Of a DNA stretch of 64,000 bases, positions 40,830 through 50,125 are shown piece after piece. Source of the stretch: Clostridia bacterium. Its GTDB lineage: Bacteria > Bacillota > Clostridia > UBA1381 > UMGS1253. A model generated the notes under the pieces. The model saw nothing but the letters and a program-made list of their open reading frames with translations. It did no database searches and was not told the DNA's origin. A program made the translations under genes and the position numbers. Position 1 is the stretch's first letter. Each line of letters begins with the position of its first letter. Where the stretch lies: assembly GCA_045636325.1 (NCBI GenBank), contig JAZTXH010000016.1, positions 82,956 through 146,955 of the forward strand. Reading direction: 5' to 3'.

Positions 40830-41486
40830 ATGTTTAAATCAGCTATTTTTGATTTGGATGGTACAGTGTGTGACACCATTCATACAATTGCACATTACGG
40901 TAACCGGGCACTTGAAAAGTTTGGATTTGAAACTATAGAAGAGAAAGAATATAATTACCTCGCAGGCAGAGGGGCTTTAAATCTGATATGCGGAATGCTT
41001 AAATACCGTGGCTGTGAAGATAAAGAAATGATAAAAAAAGTTTTTGACTTTTATAAGCCTGATTATGAAACAGACAGTCTTTACAAAACAAAGGTTTTTG
41101 ACGGCATAAAAGAAGTAATTTCTAAAATGAAGGCAATGGGTATGAAAGTGGGTCTTGTGTCAAACAAACCCCATGAAGCGGTATGTTTTATTATAGATGC
41201 ACTGTTTGAAAAAGGCAGCTTTGATTTTTATACCGGTCTTTTAGATAATATGAAAGCAAAGCCTAACCCTGAAAGTGTTTTAAAAGTGGCAGAGCAGTTT
41301 GGCGCAGAACCTTGCGAATGTATGTATGTAGGAGATACAGATGTTGATATGTTTACAGGTAAGGGCGCAGGTATGTATACAGTCGGTGTGCTATGGGGCT
41401 TTCGTGATTATGAAGAGCTTTCGTGTGCAGGCGCAGACGAGATTGTAGAAAAGCCTTTAGAGCTTTTAAAAATTTTAAAAAGATAA
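40830..41486 (+). CDS. HAD-superfamily phosphatase (phosphoglycolate phosphatase-like)
   Basis: It contains AIFDLDGTVCDT, VSNK and GDTDVDM. Confidence 0.8.
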   Translation: MFKSAIFDLDGTVCDTIHTIAHYGNRALEKFGFETIEEKEYNYLAGRGALNLICGMLKYRGCEDKEMIKKVFDFYKPDYETDSLYKTKVFDGIKEVISKMKAMGMKVGLVSNKPHEAVCFIIDALFEKGSFDFYTGLLDNMKAKPNPESVLKVAEQFGAEPCECMYVGDTDVDMFTGKGAGMYTVGVLWGFRDYEELSCAGADEIVEKPLELLKILKR

Positions 41487-41797
41487 AAACAAGAAAGGTC
41501 GCGGCCAATTTTTTAGCTGCAACCTTTTTATTTTTATCTGAATTCGGAAGGCTTCTGGGGCATCATATCCTAGAACTTAAGGCTGGATTGTGTTTGCCTA
41601 ACGGCTAAGGACACTTGAATAAATTTCATCAAATTTAAAATTTTTATATATGTATTCGCTTACGAGTATTCCTTGTAAAAGACCAATTTTGTTTAAAACA
41701 ACATCACGATGCCCGACGCAGCATTTATTTGTCTGACCTAATCCGTAATGGATAAGTAAAAAGCAGTTATTAAAAAATTTTTGTTAGTATTTTAATA

Positions 41798-42592
41798 TTA
41801 TTTTATATATGGTCTTACCGGCTGACCGTTTGCTGAAAGGTATTCTTTTAATTCACGAACGGAATAGTTTCTGTCCATCTTCGGTGAATAAAGCATAGAG
41901 CTTATAATACCTGCAGATGCACCGGTTTTTGAAAATACATCCCAAAGATGCTCAGGCTTTCCTGCACCGCCTGATGCAATAACGGGGATGTTAACCGCAT
42001 CAGAAATCATTTTTGTAATCTCTAAATCATAACCCTGATGAGTACCGTCGTTATCAATTGAATTTACGCAGATTTCACCTGCACCAAGAGCCTCACCGCA
42101 TTTTGCCCAGGACAGAGCATCAATACCTGTAAATACTCTTGCACCATCAATTGCAATTTCGTATCCGCTGGGGATTTCAAGGGTTTTTTCAACTTTTTTT
42201 ACCTGCATACTAAGCACGATACACTGACTTCCGAATGCCTTTGCGCCCTCTTTTATTATCCATGGCTGACGCACTGCCATAGAGTCAATGCTGATTTTTT
42301 CGGCGCCGGCCTTTAAAACCTCATACATATCGTCAAGATTTCTGATGCCACCACCAACAGTAAAGGGAACAAATACGTTTTCTGCTACCATTTTAACTGT
42401 GTCTATATCAATTTTTCTTCTTTGTGCACTTGCAAGAATATCAAAGAAAATAATTTCGTCTATCTGGTCTGCATATATTTTTTTTGCAACAACCTCTGCT
42501 TTGTCTATGTCAATATTATTCTGAAATTTATGTGCCTTTGTAACCATTTTATCACGTATATCAAAGCACGCAATAAGTCTTTTTGTAAGCAT
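41798..42592 (-). CDS. HisF-family (beta/alpha)8-barrel protein, divergent paralog
   Basis: It contains KRLIACFDI, TVGGGIR and VIASGGAGKPEH. The position I align with cyclase Asp130 (AIDAK) reads SMQVK. No other his genes are in the window. Confidence 0.8.
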   Translation of the reverse strand: MLTKRLIACFDIRDKMVTKAHKFQNNIDIDKAEVVAKKIYADQIDEIIFFDILASAQRRKIDIDTVKMVAENVFVPFTVGGGIRNLDDMYEVLKAGAEKISIDSMAVRQPWIIKEGAKAFGSQCIVLSMQVKKVEKTLEIPSGYEIAIDGARVFTGIDALSWAKCGEALGAGEICVNSIDNDGTHQGYDLEITKMISDAVNIPVIASGGAGKPEHLWDVFSKTGASAGIISSMLYSPKMDRNYSVRELKEYLSANGQPVRPYIK

Positions 42593-42612
42593 TTTTCACC
42601 CTCCTTTAAAAA

Positions 42613-43212
42613 TTATAGCTTTGCGAAGTTTTCCAAAAGCTTAAGGCCAATTTCACCGCTTTTTTCAATGTGGAACTGAGAAGCGTAAACATTGTCTTTT
42701 GCTATCATGGATGTAAAGTCTTCCCCGTAATTGGTAACAGCTAGAGCCACGTCTTCTTTCGGGCGGATGTGATAAGAGTTTACAAAATAAAAATATTCAC
42801 TTTTGCCAAGACCTTCGTTAATGGGAAGTTTTTTTAAAAATTCTGCACTGTTCCAGCCCATCTGTGGAACTCTTACCTTGTTTTCATCAAAGCGGACAAC
42901 GTCGCCTTTTATCCAGCCTAAACAACAGGCATCGTCTTCTTCGCTATGCTCAAATAAAACCTGAAGTCCAACGCATATTCCAAGGAAGGGCTTTTTTTCT
43001 TTCAGGGCATGATTTTCAAGAGTTTCTATTATATCAAGCTCTTTTAATGAATCCATTGTTGCACCCGCGCTTCCTACGCCGGGAAGAATTATGTGTGAAC
43101 AATTTTTTAAAGTCTCTTTGTCTGCGGTCAGCACACATTCAAGATTTTTTGCTTTGCAGGCATTTTCCACACTGGGGCCGTTACCTGCCTTGTAATCAAT
43201 TATACCTATCAT
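42613..43212 (-). CDS. HisH-family class I glutamine amidotransferase
   Basis: It has the nucleophile elbow LGICVGLQ and the His/Glu pair in QFHIEKS. Confidence 0.85.
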   Translation of the reverse strand: MIGIIDYKAGNGPSVENACKAKNLECVLTADKETLKNCSHIILPGVGSAGATMDSLKELDIIETLENHALKEKKPFLGICVGLQVLFEHSEEDDACCLGWIKGDVVRFDENKVRVPQMGWNSAEFLKKLPINEGLGKSEYFYFVNSYHIRPKEDVALAVTNYGEDFTSMIAKDNVYASQFHIEKSGEIGLKLLENFAKL

Positions 43213-43225
43213 TTAAAATCTCCTC

Positions 43226-43957
43226 TTACTTTTTGTTTCTGTTTATTATAAACTGTTTTGCCTGAGCTTCAAAATCGTCACAAAGCTCTTTTAAATCTTC
43301 TTTAAAGTTAGGATATTTATTTAAAATTGCTTTTTTAATCAAAAAATCTGCAAGCTCTGGATTTTTTGGCAGTATCGGACCGCACATATAAGTTCCGATA
43401 ACGTTTTTATAAAAAATTCCTTCATATTCACCTTTATCCCCGCGGCCAAACAAAACCTTGCCCAAAGGCGAAAAATTATCTGATTTTGTTTTGTTTTTAT
43501 GATTTTCAAAGCCTGCAAGAATAACAGCTTTGCCGTCAAGCTCTGATTCAAGCGCAAAATCGCCCATAAAACTACCGTCTGTTTCAAAACTTTCGGCATC
43601 TAAAATTCCAAGTCCTGTATAAGTTTTGCCGCCCATCTCAAAGGTTTTTAAAAGCATCTGATAACCTGTATGAGTGGCAAGCAAAACACCGCCGTTTTCT
43701 GCAAATTCCTTTATTTTATCAGCGTGGGGAAGAAGAATGTCCAAAGCTTTTAAGACTTCTTTTTCGCCGCCACCGCCGATTAAAACAATATCTGTATTTT
43801 TAACTAAAAACTCGCCTGATGATACAAAATCACAGCAGACCGCATTAATGCAGCGTTTTTGGCATCTCATTTTTAAAACGCTTACATTTCCCGTATCACC
43901 TGAAAGATTCAAAAGGTCAGGACAAAGATTTAAAATTTTAATTGAATAATCAGCCAT
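43226..43957 (-). CDS. gatD: GatD-like (CobQ-type GATase) subunit of lipid II isoglutaminyl synthase, atypical active site
   Basis: It contains LNLSGDTGN, FENH and YKNVIGTYMCGPILPKNPE. Its ATG overlaps the murT stop (TAATG). The expected Cys elbow reads ATHTGYQ, and the expected HGP reads CGP. Confidence 0.75.
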   Translation of the reverse strand: MADYSIKILNLCPDLLNLSGDTGNVSVLKMRCQKRCINAVCCDFVSSGEFLVKNTDIVLIGGGGEKEVLKALDILLPHADKIKEFAENGGVLLATHTGYQMLLKTFEMGGKTYTGLGILDAESFETDGSFMGDFALESELDGKAVILAGFENHKNKTKSDNFSPLGKVLFGRGDKGEYEGIFYKNVIGTYMCGPILPKNPELADFLIKKAILNKYPNFKEDLKELCDDFEAQAKQFIINRNKK

Positions 43958-45324
43958 TACTCTTTATCCCCCTTTTCTGAAAGTCCTTTAAGCACAAGAT
44001 ACGCAGGATGCATGGTTGTATAGTTTACAAGAGCATAACAAACCTTTTCGCCTCCTAAAAGCATAAGAGAAATTGCTTCTTCAATGTTTTCTGCGATTTT
44101 CATAACTGACTCATCTGCTCCAGCATATTTTAACCTTAAATACATATCGTGTTTTCTTATGCCACCAAAGGTGTATGATGAAGTTTTGCTCTCACAAAGG
44201 GTTTCAAAATCAACATCATAAATCCACGAAATATCAACCCCGTCTGAGGGATTATCATTCAGTAGAATACAAACATCTTTTGCTCTCGGATCATTTATAA
44301 CAGCCGTGACAGATTGATTAAAGCCGGTTGGATTTTTTGAAAGCACAATATAAATTTCCTTGTCACCTATATTGAATTTGCTCATTCGGCCCGGTTCAGG
44401 CTTTTGATTTGAAAGAACATTTTTTATGGTATCTTCATTTATTCCAATAGAATTTAAAACACTGTATGCCCCTAAAAGATTGTATACATTATAAAGTCCG
44501 GTTACGTGGCTTGTAAGGCGGAAGGATTTTTTGCTCAGTTTATTTATATCAAATCTAAGAGTGCCGTCTTCAATTTTTATATTTGTCGCACTGTAGACGG
44601 AATCGGGATTTTTATATCCGCATTTTTGGCATTTGTATTTACCAAGTTGGCCGTAATTATAATATTCATAGTCCATTAATGTAGAGCATTTCGGGCACTC
44701 TGACCCATAGTGACGCTCACGAAGAGTAATTAAATCCGTCTTTTGGCCTATGCAGTAGTATATATTTTCTTTTTTAGTTTCAAAAACTGATGTAACAGGG
44801 TCGTCAGCATTTAAAACAAGTTGAGCATGGGGGGCAAGAAGAAACGCTTTTTTCAAAAGCTTTGATGTGCCCTCTATTTCGCCGTAACGGTCAAGCTGGT
44901 CACGGAAAAGATTAGTAACGGTAATCACATCAGGGGTAAGATGGCGGAAAAGCAGGTGCAGATTTGCCTCGTCAACCTCAAGGGTTGCAAAGTCTGCATC
45001 GAGTTTGCCGAAAAATTTAGCTTTTTTTGCAAAGCTTGCGGCAATACCGCCTAACATATTTGCGCCCACATTATTGCAAACGATTTTGTTCCCTGCTTTT
45101 AGAAGAACGGAATTTATAAGGTTGTTTGTTGTTGTTTTTCCGTTTGTTCCGCACACTATAATTATTTTTTCTTTTATCTGTTTTGCCATAAGGTCTATAA
45201 AATCCGGGCATATTTTAAGGGCAATGTTTCCTGGTGCCGTTGACCCGCGCGATTTTAACACACTGCAGATAAAAAATACTGCCTTTGCCGCCAAAGTGGC
45301 AATAAATAATTTAAGTTTTTTCAA
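43957..45324 (-). CDS. murT: MurT, Mur-ligase-family subunit of lipid II isoglutaminyl synthase
   Basis: It contains GTNGKTTT, NLFRDQLDRYGE and the Cys4 ribbon CPKC...CQKC. Its C-terminal DUF1727-like region contains DGVDISWIYDVDFE. Confidence 0.85.
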   Translation of the reverse strand: MKKLKLFIATLAAKAVFFICSVLKSRGSTAPGNIALKICPDFIDLMAKQIKEKIIIVCGTNGKTTTNNLINSVLLKAGNKIVCNNVGANMLGGIAASFAKKAKFFGKLDADFATLEVDEANLHLLFRHLTPDVITVTNLFRDQLDRYGEIEGTSKLLKKAFLLAPHAQLVLNADDPVTSVFETKKENIYYCIGQKTDLITLRERHYGSECPKCSTLMDYEYYNYGQLGKYKCQKCGYKNPDSVYSATNIKIEDGTLRFDINKLSKKSFRLTSHVTGLYNVYNLLGAYSVLNSIGINEDTIKNVLSNQKPEPGRMSKFNIGDKEIYIVLSKNPTGFNQSVTAVINDPRAKDVCILLNDNPSDGVDISWIYDVDFETLCESKTSSYTFGGIRKHDMYLRLKYAGADESVMKIAENIEEAISLMLLGGEKVCYALVNYTTMHPAYLVLKGLSEKGDKE

Positions 45325-45534
45325 ATATCATCATTTCTTTCCAAAAAAATATCAACCTATATTATAACACAGAATAAACCAAATTACAACTGATTTTCAC
45401 AATGTGAAACGTAATATTTTCATTTTTTTTAAAAAATTGCGGATTTTTTATGTTTTTTTTTCAGAACACTTGAATTTTTTTAAAAAATATGGTATCACTA
45501 TATAGTAGAAACTTCAAAAAAGGGTGATGCAGAA

Positions 45535-46518
45535 ATGAAGATAAGAATAGGTATTTTAGGTTATGGTAATCTTGGGAGAGGTGTTGAAAGCGCGGTGTAT
45601 AACAGTGCGGATATGCAGATTGTTGCATTATTTACCCGTCGCGACCCTGAAAGCATAAAAACAATGACGGATACTCCCGTTTATTATATTGATAAAATTG
45701 TTGAAATGAAAGACGAAATTGACGTTTTGATTGTTTGTGGCGGCAGCGCAAACGACCTTCCGATGCAGACACCTGAGATGGCAAAGTATTTTAATGTTAT
45801 TGACAGCTTTGACACTCATGCAAAAATTCCAGAGCATTTTGAAAATGTTGATAAAAGCAGCAAGGAAAGCGGAAAAATCAGTATAATTTCAGCTGGCTGG
45901 GACCCAGGTCTGTTTTCTTTAAACCGCCTTATGGGTCAGGCAATTTTACCGGATGGTTGTGATTATACCTTTTGGGGAAAGGGCATAAGCCAAGGGCACA
46001 GTGATGCAATTCGCAGAATTGAGGGCGTTTTGGATGCAAGGCAGTATACTGTTCCCGTGCCTGAAGCGTTAGAGAGCGTAAGAGCGGGTGAAAATCCGGA
46101 GCTTACTACACGGCAGAAACATACAAGAGAGTGCTTTGTTGTGGCAGAAGACGGAGCAGATTTAGCGCGTATTGAAAGAGAAATTAAAACAATGCCCAAC
46201 TATTTTGCTGATTATGATACAACAGTTAATTTTATTACAAAAGAAGAACTTGAGCTTGACCATAAGGGTATTCCTCACGGGGGCATGGTATTCAGAACGG
46301 GCAAAACCGGATTAAACGGCGAAAACAGCCATATTATAGAATACAAGCTAAGCCTTGAGTCTAACCCTGAATTTACATCAAGCGTTTTAGCAGCTTATGC
46401 AAGAGCAGCATACAGATTAAATCAAGAAGGGGTGAGCGGTTGCAAAACAGTTTTTGATATTGCGCCTTCATATCTTCATCCGAAAAGCGGTTCAGAATTG
46501 AGAAAAGAACTTTTATAA
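45535..46518 (+). CDS. ddh: meso-diaminopimelate D-dehydrogenase
   Basis: It contains IGILGYGNLGRGVE, GWDPGLFS, FWGKGISQGHSDAIRRI and HGG. It is collinear by eye with C. glutamicum Ddh. Confidence 0.85.
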   Translation: MKIRIGILGYGNLGRGVESAVYNSADMQIVALFTRRDPESIKTMTDTPVYYIDKIVEMKDEIDVLIVCGGSANDLPMQTPEMAKYFNVIDSFDTHAKIPEHFENVDKSSKESGKISIISAGWDPGLFSLNRLMGQAILPDGCDYTFWGKGISQGHSDAIRRIEGVLDARQYTVPVPEALESVRAGENPELTTRQKHTRECFVVAEDGADLARIEREIKTMPNYFADYDTTVNFITKEELELDHKGIPHGGMVFRTGKTGLNGENSHIIEYKLSLESNPEFTSSVLAAYARAAYRLNQEGVSGCKTVFDIAPSYLHPKSGSELRKELL

Positions 46519-46688
46519 TTTTTAAATAAAATAAAGATTAAGAAGTTTTACTTAGATTGGTGAATAAATGATTGCAAATAATTACGAATATATCCCGCAA
46601 GGAGAAATACTGAGCGAAACACAAAATGACAACCCAATAAATACGGGTTGTCATTTTGTGCCAGTTGATAAATAAAATAATTTAAAAT

Positions 46689-47510
46689 TCAGAATTTTCT
46701 ATATTCACCTGCCGATTTGCCTTTTAACTGTTTAAATATACGGGAAAAATGACCATAATCAGAAAAACCGATTGCATAGGCAATAGATGTTATAGGCATG
46801 TTTGTTTCTTTCAGCATGCGGCAAGCTTCATTAATTCGATAATTTCTTATATAAGTGGCAATACTGCAGTTTAAATATTTATTCGCAATACTATATAGAC
46901 GGGTTCTTTTTATATGGAAAACAGAGCATAGATCCTTAGCTGTGATAGTATATGATAAATTATCTTTAATATATTGGTCCAGTTGTATGATAAATTCATT
47001 CTTTGCAGGAGTAACCCATTCGTTAGAAAGGAAATATGCTGAAAGTGATTTTAAAATAGTGATACATGCATCAAGTTCTTCCAATGATTTTACAGGAATG
47101 TTGTCTATTGCATTATATATTCCCGGAAAATTTTCATCAGTGAAATTTTGTTTTAAATGACGGCGTGTTTTTTCTGCAGTGTTTTCAGTAAGAACTTGCC
47201 CGAACATAACAAATCCAAGAATTTCACCCTTGTCACATATAGGTACTATTGCTTCGGATAAACCTAAATGGCATTTGTAATGCATATCTTTTTTCAATTT
47301 TGAACAGGTATCAAAATTTGAATAGTCACAATCTTTGCATTTTTTGCTCCAAAGAGAATTTTTATCAATAATTCTGCAGAATTCAATATCTTCCTCAGGG
47401 TATGATAATAAACGTTTGCCGTTGTTATCGTATAAAACTATTTTTATATTGGTAAGAGTGTGAAAATCCTGAAAAGCTTTATTTAAATTTTCTATATTAA
47501 GATTTAACAT
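46689..47510 (-). CDS. AraC-family regulator with an N-terminal PocR-like sensor domain
   Basis: It has a C-terminal AraC double HTH (ITSIAYAIGFSDYGHFSRIFK) and a Cys-rich N-terminal domain. Confidence 0.75.
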   Translation of the reverse strand: MLNLNIENLNKAFQDFHTLTNIKIVLYDNNGKRLLSYPEEDIEFCRIIDKNSLWSKKCKDCDYSNFDTCSKLKKDMHYKCHLGLSEAIVPICDKGEILGFVMFGQVLTENTAEKTRRHLKQNFTDENFPGIYNAIDNIPVKSLEELDACITILKSLSAYFLSNEWVTPAKNEFIIQLDQYIKDNLSYTITAKDLCSVFHIKRTRLYSIANKYLNCSIATYIRNYRINEACRMLKETNMPITSIAYAIGFSDYGHFSRIFKQLKGKSAGEYRKF

Positions 47511-47669
47511 ATTATCACCATAAAAATTATATCAAATTATAAGGGGGAAATCAATGAAATATAAAAAAAATATTCGCACACGAACAAATATTACATAAAA
47601 CAGACAAATTTATCTTTTATTTAGTTTTTATTCAATGTAAAATATAATCGAAATGGAGGTAGTGATAAT

Positions 47670-48686
47670 ATGAAGTATAATGGGAAGGATTTTGCCGATA
47701 TTTCGCCATATGTGGGAAATATGTATCAATTATTCGGAACACGTCGTTATCAGCTTACTGAAGGTGAAAGTAACGGCTGCAGATGTATTGATGTCCGTAC
47801 AGGCAGTGGTTTGGAATATACTGTGGTTTGTGATCGCGGTCTTGACATATCTCTGGCGGCATATAAAGGAACAAATTTGGTATTTCTTACTCAAAATTCA
47901 GAAGCAAATCCTGCATATTATAATCCTCATGCTTCTGAGTGGCTGCGCACATTTACAGCAGGGTTGCTTACAACATGTGGGCCACAAAATCTTAGTTCTC
48001 CATGTGAGGATAATGGGGAAGAATTAGGGCTTCATGGCAGATGGAGTTCCCTTTGTGCAAAACAGGTATGTGAGTTTGTTGACACAGAAAAGGGAGAAAT
48101 ACGAATAAGCGGCACATTAAATGACGCGGTTACAATGGGGAATAAGCTTAGTATTAGAAGAAATATATCTTCTCAGATTGGTAAATCTGTTATTGTAATT
48201 GATGATGAAATAAAAAATGAGGGTAGCAGACCGGCACCGCTTAATGTATTGTATCACATTAATTTTGGTTATCCTTTTTTGGATGAAAATACACAAATAG
48301 AAATACCATCCAAGTCTTTTTGCGGTTATAACGAGTATACTAACGAGCGAATAGATGAAATAGCAACTATCAAAAAGCCATACTCATATGCCTGCGAAAA
48401 AAATTATCTGCATACTTTTGACGGAGGACTGGTAACAGCAAGAGTGTATAATCCGACTCTGTGTGGTGGATTAAATGTATATATTAAATTTAATTCGGAG
48501 GTTTTGCCGTATATGACCCAGTGGGTGCTTGAAGATTACAAGGATTACGTTCTTGCAATCGAGCCGGCAAATGTACCTTGTGAGTCAAGAAATAAACTTC
48601 GTGAAAAAGGTATGTTACCCGAAATTGCGCCGGGGGAGACAAAAAAATTTCATGTGGAAATTGAAATTGCTTCAGAAAAAGCATAA
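47670..48686 (+). CDS. aldose-1-epimerase-like protein (DUF4432 type)
   Basis: It is 338 aa, contains GLHGR and HINFGYPF, and is the first gene of the sugar operon. Confidence 0.6.
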   Translation: MKYNGKDFADISPYVGNMYQLFGTRRYQLTEGESNGCRCIDVRTGSGLEYTVVCDRGLDISLAAYKGTNLVFLTQNSEANPAYYNPHASEWLRTFTAGLLTTCGPQNLSSPCEDNGEELGLHGRWSSLCAKQVCEFVDTEKGEIRISGTLNDAVTMGNKLSIRRNISSQIGKSVIVIDDEIKNEGSRPAPLNVLYHINFGYPFLDENTQIEIPSKSFCGYNEYTNERIDEIATIKKPYSYACEKNYLHTFDGGLVTARVYNPTLCGGLNVYIKFNSEVLPYMTQWVLEDYKDYVLAIEPANVPCESRNKLREKGMLPEIAPGETKKFHVEIEIASEKA

Positions 48687-48727
48687 AGATATACAACATA
48701 AAAATATATAAAAAGGAGTTAATTAAA

Positions 48728-50107
48728 ATGGTTAAATCAAAAGCAGCATTTGTAGTATATGGTGTTCATAAGGACGGACTTTGTGACCCGGACGGAAATC
48801 TTTTTATCGATGAAGGTCTTATTCTAAATTCTAAAGAAGCATTAAAAAACCAAGGTGTTGAGCTTGTGACACCTGAGCTTATTATAGCAACTAAACAAGA
48901 AGCGAAAGAAATTATTCTTCCTCTTGCAAAGGATGACAGTATTGATACTTTAGTTCTGTTTTCAGGAACATGGGTATGGGCAGCACATATGATAGCTGCA
49001 GTACGCGAATTTGCCAAAACAGGCAAAGGAATTGTTATATGGACTCACGACGGTTCACAGGGATGGCGTCCGGTTGGCGGCCTTGTGCTTAGTGCGGCAC
49101 TTAATGAAGTTGGAATAAAACACAAATTTGTATATGGTGGCGCAGATGATATTACTACAGTAAAAAGAGTTGCTAATTACTGTAAAGCATCTGCACTTAA
49201 AAAGAGTATGGAAATGACAACGCTTCGTTCATTTGGCGGACGCGGTATGGGTCAGACTTGCGGAGCTGCAGACCCATCACAGTGGATGCGTATGTTCGGA
49301 ATTGATATCGATTCACGTGATACATACGAGCTTGTTGAAGCTGCAAAAAATATTCCTCAGGAAGAGGTAGATAAAATCTGTGATTACATAGATGCAAACT
49401 TTAAATCCAAGGTAGATCGTAATGACGGAAATTATCGTTCTATACGCTTGTATCTTGCTCTTAAAGCACTTAAAGAAAAAGACGGATTTGATTATTATAC
49501 AATTCAGTCTTTCCCCGGCATGGGCGATTACTATGCGGCAACTTGTTTTGCACAAAGTATGATGCTTAACGATGGGGTGCCAACCTCTACTCTATCTGAT
49601 TTTAACACCTGCTTAACTTCAATTATGATTATGGGGCTTAGCAAAGAGCCTATCTATTACGGAGACCTTCAGCATGCAGATAAGAAGGCGGGAGAAATAA
49701 AAATTATCGGAGACGGCGCTATACCTCCATGTCTTGCAAATGAAGATGGTGTTTATCTTGCCGGCCACGGAATTCCTACAGAGGGAGAAGCAGGAGGCCT
49801 TTCAATAGATCTCGTATGTAAGAGTGGAAAAGGTGTTATTGCACGCTTAAGCCGTATTAATGGTAAGTTTAAAATTGTTGTTGCTAGATGTGAAGTTTTC
49901 CAGCCTGCAAAAGAAGAACTTGAAAAGCGTCGCCATGAATGCGGTATTCCTTTCTGGCCTCATGCTTTTGTTAAAGTTGAAGGTGATGTTGGTCAAATTA
50001 TAGAAAATTGGAATAACGAATACGGATGTCTTGGTTACGGCGAAGACCTTTATGACCAGATTGTTGATTTTGGCGAGATTATGGGTATTGAAGTTGTTGC
50101 ATTTTAA
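48728..50107 (+). CDS. L-fucose/L-arabinose isomerase-family protein (short form, 459 aa)
   Basis: The call rests on size, overall pattern, and the isomerase-kinase-aldolase context. The substrate is unknown. Confidence 0.6.
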   Translation: MVKSKAAFVVYGVHKDGLCDPDGNLFIDEGLILNSKEALKNQGVELVTPELIIATKQEAKEIILPLAKDDSIDTLVLFSGTWVWAAHMIAAVREFAKTGKGIVIWTHDGSQGWRPVGGLVLSAALNEVGIKHKFVYGGADDITTVKRVANYCKASALKKSMEMTTLRSFGGRGMGQTCGAADPSQWMRMFGIDIDSRDTYELVEAAKNIPQEEVDKICDYIDANFKSKVDRNDGNYRSIRLYLALKALKEKDGFDYYTIQSFPGMGDYYAATCFAQSMMLNDGVPTSTLSDFNTCLTSIMIMGLSKEPIYYGDLQHADKKAGEIKIIGDGAIPPCLANEDGVYLAGHGIPTEGEAGGLSIDLVCKSGKGVIARLSRINGKFKIVVARCEVFQPAKEELEKRRHECGIPFWPHAFVKVEGDVGQIIENWNNEYGCLGYGEDLYDQIVDFGEIMGIEVVAF

Positions 50108-50125
50108 AAGAAGGGAGCTTAGGCT

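Noticed and set aside
41600-41790. About 57 open codons on the minus strand (..HYGLGQTNKCCVGHRDVVLNKIGLLQG..) downstream of the hisF-like gene
   Set aside because: It has no start codon or SD and no recognisable family. It may be a gene remnant, but I cannot support that.
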